Under the pieces are notes generated by a model. The model made no database searches. It was not told the origin of the DNA and saw nothing but the letters and a program-made list of their open reading frames with translations. A stretch of DNA of 32,000 nucleotides, from contig JACAFS010000001.1 in the NCBI GenBank assembly GCA_013378385.1, positions 1 through 32,000 on the forward strand, in the 5' to 3' direction. The position numbers and the translations under genes are program-made. The stretch comes from Nitrososphaerota archaeon. Lineage in GTDB: Archaea; Thermoproteota; Nitrososphaeria; Nitrososphaerales; UBA57. This document shows, in pieces, positions 1 to 8,273 of the stretch (position 1 is the stretch's first letter; each line of letters opens with the position of its first letter).

Positions 1-99
1 AAAAAACTGAAGAAAAAACTGAAGAAAAAACTGAAGAAAAAACTGAAGAAAAAACTGAAGAAAAAACTGAAGAAAAAACTGAAGAAAAAACTGAAGAAA
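1..99 (+). repeat. Perfect 12-bp tandem repeat (aaaaaactgaag) x8 plus aaa, truncated by the window edge; translated as (KTEE)n inside the Rieske ORF
   Basis: Direct reading: nt 1-96 are eight identical 12-mers with no substitutions. In the Rieske frame (codons starting at nt 3) they read aaa act gaa gaa = KTEE. Confidence 0.95.
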
Positions 100-719
100 T
101 TATTGATGCTCCTCCATCTAAAGAACGAAGAAACTTTCTTAAAGTAATAGCCGTTACAGGTGGTATTTTGGGTCTTACTCCTTTCATTCCGTACGGATCA
201 TTTTTCACTGCTACCTTGGGAGGTACCGAAGCTGTTAGACAAAGAATTATGACACCTGAAGGGCGTTTTGTTAACATTGCAGATATTGAAGCTGATAGTT
301 CTGTTGTATTTCCATTTCCTCGAACTGGCGACGACGAAAAAGATTCTGAACCATTTCGCCGTTATCAATTAATTCGACTTGCATCAGATGCTGGTGGCGA
401 TGCAAATGACGCATCTGCTTTTAGAATTTACAGTATGGTCTGTGTTCACCTTTGGTGTCTTTGGGATTATGTTGAAGGTCGTGAAATAGAAGTTAATGGC
501 GAAAAATTAACTGGTAATATTGAATGTCCGTGCCATGGAAGTAATTATGATCCTCGAACTGGATTATCTCATAAAGGACCTGCTATGTTACAATCTAAAC
601 CTAATGACGCGCTTCCAACTCTTCCTCTAGAGGTTGATGAAAATGGAGATGTATGGGTTCTTCCACCTGATACTTCTTTGGAAAAGAATGGAGTTGTAGG
701 ACTTGGCCGCTACGTCTAA
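1..719 (+). CDS. Rieske [2Fe-2S] subunit of a cytochrome bc/b6f-type complex, 5'-partial (true start upstream of window)
   Basis: Rieske boxes CVHLWC (nt 441-458) and CPCHGS (nt 525-542). Twin-arginine motif RRNFLK (nt 126-143) is followed by the anchor helix VIAVTGGILGLTPFIPYG. The frame is open back to nt 3, with no ATG/GTG/TTG between the repeat and TTG 168. Stop is TAA 717-719. Confidence 0.9.
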   Translation, partial: KTEEKTEEKTEEKTEEKTEEKTEEKTEEKTEEIIDAPPSKERRNFLKVIAVTGGILGLTPFIPYGSFFTATLGGTEAVRQRIMTPEGRFVNIADIEADSSVVFPFPRTGDDEKDSEPFRRYQLIRLASDAGGDANDASAFRIYSMVCVHLWCLWDYVEGREIEVNGEKLTGNIECPCHGSNYDPRTGLSHKGPAMLQSKPNDALPTLPLEVDENGDVWVLPPDTSLEKNGVVGLGRYV

Positions 720-2142
720 AAAACAAAGTATTATCTCAAAGTTTTGGGATTATACTATGAATCGGTTGAACCGAACTGTATTTTTAGGACTTAAGTTTAC
801 AATGCCACAAAAATTCCTGAGCCCTATGGGTTTCAGTGGCATGCTTACTTTCTGTTTGTTTTTACTTCTTGGAGTAACAGGTGCATTCTTGATGCTGTTT
901 TATGTTCCAGGAATTGAAGGCGCTTTTGATAGTGTTGAATTTATAGACGAAGAAATTCCTTACGGTTTTGCAATACGAAATATACATTACCACGGTTCAA
1001 ACGCAATGGTCTTTATGGCTGTTTTACACCTTTATTATCAATATTTTAGTGGCAGATATAAAATTAAAAATGAAATGATATGGGTTACTGGTATGATTCT
1101 TGGTGTAATTACTATATTGGAGGCCTTCACTGGATATAATTTACTCTTTAATGATAGAGCTGAACTGGCCGTAAGTATAGGAGTTTCATTAACTGTATTT
1201 AGCCCAATTATAGGGCCGACACTTGCCCAAATGATTTGGGGTCAAGGATTTTCAGATTTCTTAATAAGACTTTATGCACTTCATGTTTTCATAATTCCAA
1301 TTGTAATGGGAATTTTAATGTTCGTTCATTTCCCACGTTTCCTTGTTTTTGATCTTCCAATGTGGTCTACAATGGTTGGTATAATTCTTATTACTGGAGG
1401 CATATTCCCTGTAGAAATGGGCGTGAAATTTGATCCTAACCATCCTCCGGGAATTACTGTTCCAGAATGGTATCTTACAGGTTTGTATGCATTTATTCGG
1501 ACAGGTTTTGATAAATTCATTACTGGCGGTTTGCTGCCGGGTCTATTGATAGCTATGTTCCTATTTGTACCATTTATTGATCATAGCAGAAAAATCTCAT
1601 GGAAAGACAGACCATTCTTCTCTGCTTTAGGTATTGCTAGCATCACTCAAATCTTTATTACCACTATTTGGGGATTTTATGTACATCCAGATCCAACTAA
1701 GAATTTAACTGAAAGGTTATTCATTGAACCAATTCCGTTCTATAGTGTTATGCTAATTAGTGTTGTTTTTAGCTTTGTTGTTGTCTATGGATTCCTCAAG
1801 GCCCGTGCTGCTCTTGTAGTGCCTGGAAAAAGACCTACACCTACAAAACAAACTCCGTTAATTCTGAACACTTTCTGGACTTATGCGGTTCTTATCTCTC
1901 TTGTCATCTTTGAAGTTATCCTTAATGGAATGGCCTTGATGGCATATGCAGGAGGCTTATGGGCTCTTGCCTTATTTGAGACTGGAGCTATATTCTGTAT
2001 ATTTGGTATAATCGCCCATGTTTATCGTTCATATAATCCAAAGGTAATTGCGGCTGAAAAAGCTGCTAAAGACGCCGCAGCAAAAGCTGCAAATGAAACT
2101 GAAGTTCCTGTACCCACAATTACTAATTCTAAAACTGATTAG
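703..2142 (+). CDS. Cytochrome b (fused b6 + subunit IV-like, with extra C-terminal helices)
   Basis: Polytopic 479-aa ORF. Haem ligand spacings are HYHGSNAMVFMAVLH (H-x13-H) and HVFIIPIVMGILMFVH (H-x14-H). Qo-site PEWY motif (TVPEWYLTG). TTG 703 overlaps the Rieske stop by 17 nt; ATG 757 is an alternative start. Confidence 0.9.
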   Translation: MAATSKKQSIISKFWDYTMNRLNRTVFLGLKFTMPQKFLSPMGFSGMLTFCLFLLLGVTGAFLMLFYVPGIEGAFDSVEFIDEEIPYGFAIRNIHYHGSNAMVFMAVLHLYYQYFSGRYKIKNEMIWVTGMILGVITILEAFTGYNLLFNDRAELAVSIGVSLTVFSPIIGPTLAQMIWGQGFSDFLIRLYALHVFIIPIVMGILMFVHFPRFLVFDLPMWSTMVGIILITGGIFPVEMGVKFDPNHPPGITVPEWYLTGLYAFIRTGFDKFITGGLLPGLLIAMFLFVPFIDHSRKISWKDRPFFSALGIASITQIFITTIWGFYVHPDPTKNLTERLFIEPIPFYSVMLISVVFSFVVVYGFLKARAALVVPGKRPTPTKQTPLILNTFWTYAVLISLVIFEVILNGMALMAYAGGLWALALFETGAIFCIFGIIAHVYRSYNPKVIAAEKAAKDAAAKAANETEVPVPTITNSKTD

Positions 2143-2143
2143 T

Positions 2144-3160
2144 TTATAATTCTAATTTCTTTTTGGCCATTTCTGCGCCAATTACCATATTTTTGAGTTT
2201 TGAAAACGACGTTTCTCTTGTTCTAGTTCTTAAACCACAATCGGGATTTACATGTATAAGATTCGGATTGTCTGTCATTTTTACTGCGTATAATATCCTA
2301 TCTCTTACTAATTCGGGAGGTTCTATTTTATCTACGTGAACGTCTAAGACTCCTAAACCAATCTCTTTTTTCTCATTATAATCTCTAAAAGTCTTTAAAA
2401 ATGACTCATATCCATTCCTGTTTGAATGCTTTGTACCTTTGTTCCATGAATCTCTGTTAGCAAATTCTAATTCATACTGATGATTCTTCATTTCAAGTAC
2501 TTCTGGATACATATTTGAATAATCTTCGCTGTAACATATATGAATTCCAAATTTCGCATTAATTCCTTTTATTGATTCATTAAATGAATCAACTACTAAC
2601 TTCATTTCCTCTGGATGTGTTGTCGCTGCAGGTTCATCAATTTGAATAAAATCTGCTCCTGTCTTAACTAAATCTCTAATTAATGGCCTGATTACTTTTC
2701 TCGCTAAGTCTATTGTAAAATCCTCTTTTGATTTGTAAGCCTCATTATAAGACCAATCTGCTAAAGTGTAAGCTCCAGTTATTGGCAGTTTGATCATTTT
2801 CTTAGCATTTTCTTTTACAAATAAAAATTCATCTATGTGATATGGTCCTTTATAATTAACTTTCTTTGTACATCTTCCTTTATTGTAGTATTTATTATCC
2901 CAAGATCTAATCTTTCCTGCTAATTTCAAACCCTCTATTCTTCTTATACTGTATTCATACATCTCTACTCGTCTTGCTTCTCCATCATATACTACATCTA
3001 AACCTATATCTTCAAATAATTTCAAATTCATTAACGCTACATCACTTCTGGCCGATTCCTTGATCTCATCTGACACATTCCTGTCTTGCAATAATTTAAC
3101 CAACCATCTTGGTTTTCTTATACTGCCTATCTCTTGAGTTGCAATAGGAAACTTTTTCAT
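2144..3160 (-). CDS. metE: Cobalamin-independent methionine synthase, catalytic (MetE C-terminal-type) barrel
   Basis: 338 aa with zinc-ligand pattern H-I-C (GIHICYSEDY), a downstream Glu (YELEFANRD) and PDCGL (VNPDCGLRTR). ATG at 3160-3158 overlaps the upstream gene's stop as ATGA. Confidence 0.8.
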   Translation of the reverse strand: MKKFPIATQEIGSIRKPRWLVKLLQDRNVSDEIKESARSDVALMNLKLFEDIGLDVVYDGEARRVEMYEYSIRRIEGLKLAGKIRSWDNKYYNKGRCTKKVNYKGPYHIDEFLFVKENAKKMIKLPITGAYTLADWSYNEAYKSKEDFTIDLARKVIRPLIRDLVKTGADFIQIDEPAATTHPEEMKLVVDSFNESIKGINAKFGIHICYSEDYSNMYPEVLEMKNHQYELEFANRDSWNKGTKHSNRNGYESFLKTFRDYNEKKEIGLGVLDVHVDKIEPPELVRDRILYAVKMTDNPNLIHVNPDCGLRTRTRETSFSKLKNMVIGAEMAKKKLEL

Positions 3161-4095
3161 AGTTTCATTACCCTGGTTTTTTCTTTTATTTGTTTCATTA
3201 TGTCTAATTTTTTACATGCAAATGTTTCTGGTATGAATTCAAAATCCCAACTTGGTATTACTGCTAGTGATGTTGGTTTAAATAATTCTTTAATATTTTT
3301 TAACTCTATAATAATCTCTGACGTTTTTTCCATTTTAGTATTCTTTGCATCTATCAAACCACAAGCTAATCCTTTGTTAATATCTGTTTGATCAAATCTG
3401 TCAATTTTTGAAGTAGTGAAATCTATACCTATTACATCCACAGGAAAATCTTGAAATGCATCTAACGTATCTGACACATCTGATCCCCATAAATTAAGAC
3501 ATGTTGTTACATCCAATCCTTTTACTATTTTTACCATTGCTTTTCTAATTATATCTAATTGTTCTTTTTCCTTTACTCGCGCCAATGACGGAGCGTTAAA
3601 CTGTATTAATTCTATATCTTTTTTTATTGAATTTAGTTCTTTTTTAATTATATCCGCAAATGCGTTTATTGCTTCTTCTTCCGATTTATAAAATTCATTT
3701 GCAGATAAATCATAGAATGTAAATGGATCCAATATATCTACCTTGGATTTTGATTTATTTGAAAATAAATCAAAACAAATGCTGTTCTTCAAAATTTTAC
3801 CTGAAGTTGTAATCTTGTTAGTAATTATTGGCTGGCGATAAAAAGTATTATTCTCATAGTATCTAGTTAGTGGGCCTTTTTCTATTCCTTTTAGATTGTC
3901 TGTGAATGGCCTTATGTTGTCATCCCAATCAATTAACGGATCCGTTATGTAGTTAAATTTATTTTTAGATTGAATTTTTAATAATCGTGATTTTTCTTTA
4001 TTAAATTGTTTTCGTAACGTTTTATCATATAATCTTGTTGATTCAATTAGTGTTTCATTTCGCGGATAAATTCCTGCAATCCAATAATCAATCAA
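3157..4095 (-). CDS. MetE N-terminal-type barrel protein (non-catalytic paralogue, no zinc ligands)
   Basis: 312 aa. IAGIYPRNETLIE and TRYYENNTFYRQPII resemble the MetE PRiG..REL and KWFDTNYHY segments. The H-x-C and DCG positions are replaced by LNLWGSD and IPSWDFEF. TTG start at 4095. Confidence 0.65.
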   Translation of the reverse strand: MIDYWIAGIYPRNETLIESTRLYDKTLRKQFNKEKSRLLKIQSKNKFNYITDPLIDWDDNIRPFTDNLKGIEKGPLTRYYENNTFYRQPIITNKITTSGKILKNSICFDLFSNKSKSKVDILDPFTFYDLSANEFYKSEEEAINAFADIIKKELNSIKKDIELIQFNAPSLARVKEKEQLDIIRKAMVKIVKGLDVTTCLNLWGSDVSDTLDAFQDFPVDVIGIDFTTSKIDRFDQTDINKGLACGLIDAKNTKMEKTSEIIIELKNIKELFKPTSLAVIPSWDFEFIPETFACKKLDIMKQIKEKTRVMKL

Positions 4096-4144
4096 TTCTA
4101 TTCTTATTGTTCTGTAAATTTCTATATTAAAAGTATTTCTTAAT

Positions 4145-4696
4145 CTATTTTAATTTAAATAAATCACTTCGTGTTACAATTCCTATAACTTTTGCCTTTT
4201 CTGTTACCACTACTGCTTCAAAAAATTCTAACATCTGGTATAATAATTCAACCGGCGTATTTGCATCAACTGTTGGAAAAGAAGGATCCATTACATCTAT
4301 TACTTTTTTTGCAAATGCCTCATTTGGCGAACCTGATTCTGATAATACTCGTAAAATTGTTTTTTCTGATAAACTTCCTATGATATTATTCTTGTCGAAA
4401 ACTGGAAGCTGTGATATGTTTTTCTCACGAATCTTCTTGGCCGCTTCTTTTAACGTCTCTTTTTTATCAAGACCTTTTAATGTTTTTGAACATATATTTT
4501 TGGCCGTTCTTTTATCACTTCGTTCTTGTTTTTGCAGAGTCTCTATCAATATCTTTACTTTGGAATATGCAGGTTCTACTTTTTTTGCCTCCATTTTAGT
4601 AATTAATGACTGACTTACCCCTGATAATTTTGCCAATTCTGTCTGTGTTAATCCTAATTGTTTTCTTAACCTCACAATATCATCAATTTCAAACAT
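4145..4696 (-). CDS. XRE-family helix-turn-helix regulator with C-terminal CBS pair
   Basis: HTH LGLTQTELAKLSGVSQSLITKME. CBS-like segments ISQLPVFDKNNIIGSLSEKTILRVL and AVVVTEKAKVIGIVTRSDLF. I prefer ATG at 4696 (MFEIDDIVRLRK) over the TTG at 4759 used by the ORF track. Confidence 0.8.
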   Translation of the reverse strand: MFEIDDIVRLRKQLGLTQTELAKLSGVSQSLITKMEAKKVEPAYSKVKILIETLQKQERSDKRTAKNICSKTLKGLDKKETLKEAAKKIREKNISQLPVFDKNNIIGSLSEKTILRVLSESGSPNEAFAKKVIDVMDPSFPTVDANTPVELLYQMLEFFEAVVVTEKAKVIGIVTRSDLFKLK

Positions 4697-4775
4697 TAAT
4701 TCTAATAAATACACGAGAAAAGATATGTCTTTTGGAAAAAGATTAACTATAGTTAACAATTACTGAAAATATATT

Positions 4776-5462
4776 ATGAAAGCGCTTATTTTAGCAGGTG
4801 GAATGGGAAAACGACTTAGACCACTTACCGACAATAAACCTAAGCCAATGATCCCTATCTCAAATAAGCCAATACTTGAATGGCAAATTATGTGGCTTAA
4901 ATCACATAATATTAGAGAAGTTGTTCTTTGCACAGGTTACATGAGTGAAAATATTACTGAATATTTTGGAGACGGGGAAAAATTAGGTGTTTCTATTGAA
5001 TATTCTAAAGAAGAAGAGCCTCTTGGTACGGGGGGCGCCTTGATGCAATCTGAGCCTTTTCTTAAAGAACATTATAACTTCATTGTTATGAACGGCGATA
5101 TCATGTCTAATATAGATCCAAATAGTTTAATTTCCAATCTTACCGATGGACTAATTGGAACTATTGCAGTAGTTGCCTTACGAAGTCCTTTTGGAGAAAT
5201 TGAAATTAAAGAAGAAGGTCTGATTTCTCGTTTTACTGAAAAACCAATACTTAACGATCATTGGATTAATGCCGGAATATATTGTTTCTCTAATAAAATT
5301 TTCAATTATTTATCAAGCGTTGGCAGTCTTGAATCTGACGTCTTTCCTTTACTTGCCCAAGAAAATAAATTGTCTGCAATAAAACAGAATAATGTGAAAT
5401 GGCGTTCTATTGATAGTCATAAAGATATAGAAGAAGCTCAAAAAGAATTCGTTACTGAATAA
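4776..5462 (+). CDS. Sugar-1-phosphate nucleotidylyltransferase (short form, no LbH domain)
   Basis: N-terminal signature MKALILAGGMGKRLRPLTDNKPKPMIPI and EEPLGTGGAL. 228 aa. Confidence 0.85.
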   Translation: MKALILAGGMGKRLRPLTDNKPKPMIPISNKPILEWQIMWLKSHNIREVVLCTGYMSENITEYFGDGEKLGVSIEYSKEEEPLGTGGALMQSEPFLKEHYNFIVMNGDIMSNIDPNSLISNLTDGLIGTIAVVALRSPFGEIEIKEEGLISRFTEKPILNDHWINAGIYCFSNKIFNYLSSVGSLESDVFPLLAQENKLSAIKQNNVKWRSIDSHKDIEEAQKEFVTE

Positions 5463-6800
5463 TCATTTTCCAATAGTCAGTATCTTTAGTTTCTCAAACT
5501 TAGATTTGTTTAATATATTTCTTCCATCAAAAATTAATGGTTTCTTTTTTGATTTCTTAATTATATAATCTTCTGTAATTTCTTTATATTCATCATGATC
5601 CGTGGCAATTATTATTATATCCACTCCCGATATTACTTTGTCTAAATCCTTACTTAATTTGACCTCTTTCGGCAATAGTGGATCATAACTAAAGAACGGA
5701 TCATGAACTCTTGCCTTTATGTTATTTTGAATCAGTTCATCAATAATGTCATAGGTTGGAGAAATACGATTGTCTGCTACATTTCCTCTAAAACTTAATC
5801 CTAAAATTAATGCCGTTAATTTCTTTTTATTGTTAATTTCTGACATTATTCGACTGACCGAATATTTTGGCATCCCTTCATTCGTATACCTTCCTAATAA
5901 TGCAAAATTCATATCTATTCCTTTGTCTACAGCTGTTTGTGTTAATAACCAAGGATAAACTGGAATACAATAACCTCCTACTCCTATTCCAGGTTTATGC
6001 AGATGACTATATGGTTGTGAATTTGCAGCTTCTCTAACTTCCCAATAATCTATTCCTAAATTCTCACAAAATCTTGATAATTCATTTGCTAAAGCAATAT
6101 TTACATCTCTGTATAAACCTTCAATTAATTTTTCAGCTTCTGCAGCTTCAGTAGTTGACATTGTTATTGGTTTCTTCGATGAAATCACTTCAAACATTTT
6201 ATTTGCAATCTTTATACTGATTTCTCCAGCTCCAGATAATATTGGCGGATAATTATTTTCTATATCACTAATTGCTTGACCTGCAGATATTCTCTCTGGC
6301 GTGTATATTAAAAAGAAATCCTTTTCAACTTTTAACTTACTTTTATTTTCAATCCATTTAATAATTTTATTAGAAGTCCCAATTGGCACTGTCGGAGTTA
6401 TAATTATAATGTCGTTCTTTTTTAATCCTGTAATTATATCTTCTACTGCTGAATACAAAAATCTTAAATCTGCAGACCTTTTGTCTAATCCTACGGGCAC
6501 TGATATAATTTTTATATCAGAATATTTTGATGCCCATTTCCCATTTGTAGTTGCTGTTAATCTTTTACTATTTATTCCCTCAATAAATGCTTCTCTAGCT
6601 TTTGGTTCCGAATTAGTAATTTTCTTATTATTGATATTATTAACTAATGTATTCTTCTTATCCACCGCAATAATTGATGCTCCTGCTCTTAACCATGTTG
6701 ACGCAATTGCAGTTCCCACAAATCCAATTCCATATATCGCTATCTTTTTGTTCCCTAATTTGATATTTCTTGGCAGTTCTTGTATTTGCTTCTTATTCAC
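5463..6800 (-). CDS. NDP-sugar 6-dehydrogenase (UDP-glucose/GDP-mannose dehydrogenase family, UDP-ManNAc/GlcNAc dehydrogenase-like)
   Basis: Rossmann motif IAIYGIGFVGTAIA, PERISAGQAISD, catalytic-Cys motif GIGVGGYCIPVYP. GTG start at 6800. Stop abuts the stop of the convergent gene at 5462/5463. Confidence 0.85.
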   Translation of the reverse strand: MNKKQIQELPRNIKLGNKKIAIYGIGFVGTAIASTWLRAGASIIAVDKKNTLVNNINNKKITNSEPKAREAFIEGINSKRLTATTNGKWASKYSDIKIISVPVGLDKRSADLRFLYSAVEDIITGLKKNDIIIITPTVPIGTSNKIIKWIENKSKLKVEKDFFLIYTPERISAGQAISDIENNYPPILSGAGEISIKIANKMFEVISSKKPITMSTTEAAEAEKLIEGLYRDVNIALANELSRFCENLGIDYWEVREAANSQPYSHLHKPGIGVGGYCIPVYPWLLTQTAVDKGIDMNFALLGRYTNEGMPKYSVSRIMSEINNKKKLTALILGLSFRGNVADNRISPTYDIIDELIQNNIKARVHDPFFSYDPLLPKEVKLSKDLDKVISGVDIIIIATDHDEYKEITEDYIIKKSKKKPLIFDGRNILNKSKFEKLKILTIGK

Positions 6801-6864
6801 GATTAATATTATTCAAAACATTTTAATTAAGTTTCTTACTAGCTTACACCAGTTTAAAAGAAAA

Positions 6865-8256
6865 ATGACCAAAAATAATGATAAAACTTTGTTAATTGTT
6901 CTTCCATATGGCATAGGTTGGAAATCAATCATTAATGAGGAAAATCTAGAAATGCTCACAAATTCTGGCCTAAAAATTATTCTACTTTGTGAACCAAATA
7001 TGATTGAATCTAATAACCCAAACGTGATTATTAAAACTCTCAAGAAAATTCCACGTACAAAGTCTGAAATTGCCGTTGGTTTGTTGCGAAATTATGTATT
7101 TGCAGATACTAGTAAACCTCATTCCGAAACTCTTAAAATAAAAATTTCTGAATTAGATTCTTCACATACTTTTCTATCCATTATTCGAAAATCTATCGGC
7201 AAATTCTTTGCAAGAAGTACAACTATTAAAAATATTCTTGCATGGTCTGATTCTGTATTCTTTAGTAATTCTGAATATGACGATTTATTCTCTAAATTTT
7301 CCCCTGATTTCATCTTTGTAACATATCCTTTTTCATTTTATACATATCCTATCTTAAGACACGCACATAAATCTAAGATTCCAATTCTTGGTTATGTTCC
7401 AAGTTGGGATAATCTTACATCTAAATGGGAAGTTCCTGTTAAATTAAATAAATTGATTGTTTGGAATAATATAATGAAACAAGAAGCAATAAATTTCCTT
7501 GGCTATTCCGATGATTCCGTTTCAATTACTGGAGTTCCACAATTTGATATACATTCAAATCGCTCTTCCTTACTTGATCGTGGAAAATTCATCAACAACT
7601 TACACGGAGATGAAAATAAGAAGATTTTATTATATGCAACTGGCACTGCACAACTTTCTGATTCCGAACCATTTATTGTTAAAATGATTTATGATATGAT
7701 TCAAAACAACAAATTTGACCATCCTTGTCAACTCCTGTTGCGTGTTCATCCACGCCGTAGTTTATCTGACTTTGACGATCTGATTGATAAACCTGACGTC
7801 TTAATTCAGACCCCAGGAAAAGCGTCAAAGGAGTTCCAAGATTCAGGGTATGTATGGAAATCGGATTTCACTGATTATTCTACATTGTCTAACACATTAT
7901 ATCACGCAGACGTTATGATTAATGTTGCATCTACTATTACTATAGAATCTTGTTTATTTGATACTCCTGTAGTAAATATTGGATTTGACGCTAATCTCGA
8001 TCTTGATTTTAATCGTTCCGTTAAACGCCATTTTCAATATTCGCATTATTTAGATATTGTAGAATCTAATGGTGTAAAAATTGCTAATTCAGAACAAGAA
8101 CTAAGTGAATTTATCAATCGTTACCTCAATGACCCTACTCTCGAATCTACTGGACGTAACCTAATTGTTGACAATCAGTGCTCTTTTAGAGATGGCAAAT
8201 CTTCTGAACGCCTGTTAAGATATATAATAGATTTTACTAAAGAATATTCAGTTTAA
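6865..8256 (+). CDS. GT-B-fold glycosyl/glycerophospho-transferase-like protein (TagF/MurG/MGDG-synthase-like C-terminal half), family not assignable by eye
   Basis: 463 aa from ATG 6865. The upstream part of the 6301 ORF is antisense to the dehydrogenase gene. Segments KILLYATGTAQ, LLLRVHPRR and LYHADVMINVASTITIESCLFDTPVVNIGFD resemble the TagF-type ILYAPTxR / HP / aDxLITDYSS...kPii pattern. Confidence 0.5.
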   Translation: MTKNNDKTLLIVLPYGIGWKSIINEENLEMLTNSGLKIILLCEPNMIESNNPNVIIKTLKKIPRTKSEIAVGLLRNYVFADTSKPHSETLKIKISELDSSHTFLSIIRKSIGKFFARSTTIKNILAWSDSVFFSNSEYDDLFSKFSPDFIFVTYPFSFYTYPILRHAHKSKIPILGYVPSWDNLTSKWEVPVKLNKLIVWNNIMKQEAINFLGYSDDSVSITGVPQFDIHSNRSSLLDRGKFINNLHGDENKKILLYATGTAQLSDSEPFIVKMIYDMIQNNKFDHPCQLLLRVHPRRSLSDFDDLIDKPDVLIQTPGKASKEFQDSGYVWKSDFTDYSTLSNTLYHADVMINVASTITIESCLFDTPVVNIGFDANLDLDFNRSVKRHFQYSHYLDIVESNGVKIANSEQELSEFINRYLNDPTLESTGRNLIVDNQCSFRDGKSSERLLRYIIDFTKEYSV

Positions 8257-8273
8257 ACTGGTTGTGTGATGAT

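Noticed and set aside
168-170. TTG 168 as the start of the Rieske ORF, as listed in the ORF track
   Set aside because: It would remove the RRNFLK Tat motif and half of the membrane anchor, which are encoded in the same open frame upstream. The real start lies beyond the window edge.
4192-4613. Three short plus-strand ORFs antisense to the XRE/CBS regulator gene
   Set aside because: Shadow ORFs with hydrophobic low-complexity sequence. The regulator on the minus strand has clear HTH and CBS motifs.
4743-4756. Perfect 14-bp palindrome ttaactatagttaa between the regulator gene and the first island gene, a possible operator
   Set aside because: In DNA this AT-rich, my rough estimate is that on the order of ten 14-bp perfect palindromes are expected by chance in 32 kb. 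It may simply be a TATA-like element. This is not enough evidence for a regulatory call.
6301-6864. The 5' 564 nt of the 651-aa plus-strand ORF in the ORF track
   Set aside because: This part is antisense to the well-supported dehydrogenase gene (5463-6800). It translates to low-complexity Ile/Leu/Phe-rich sequence. The recognisable protein begins at ATG 6865 in the intergenic region.
8266-8272. C-box-like gtgatga upstream of the CBS-dehydrogenase start, a possible C/D box sRNA
   Set aside because: No ctga D box occurs within the next ~80 nt, and the region is the ribosome-loading/start region of a CDS.
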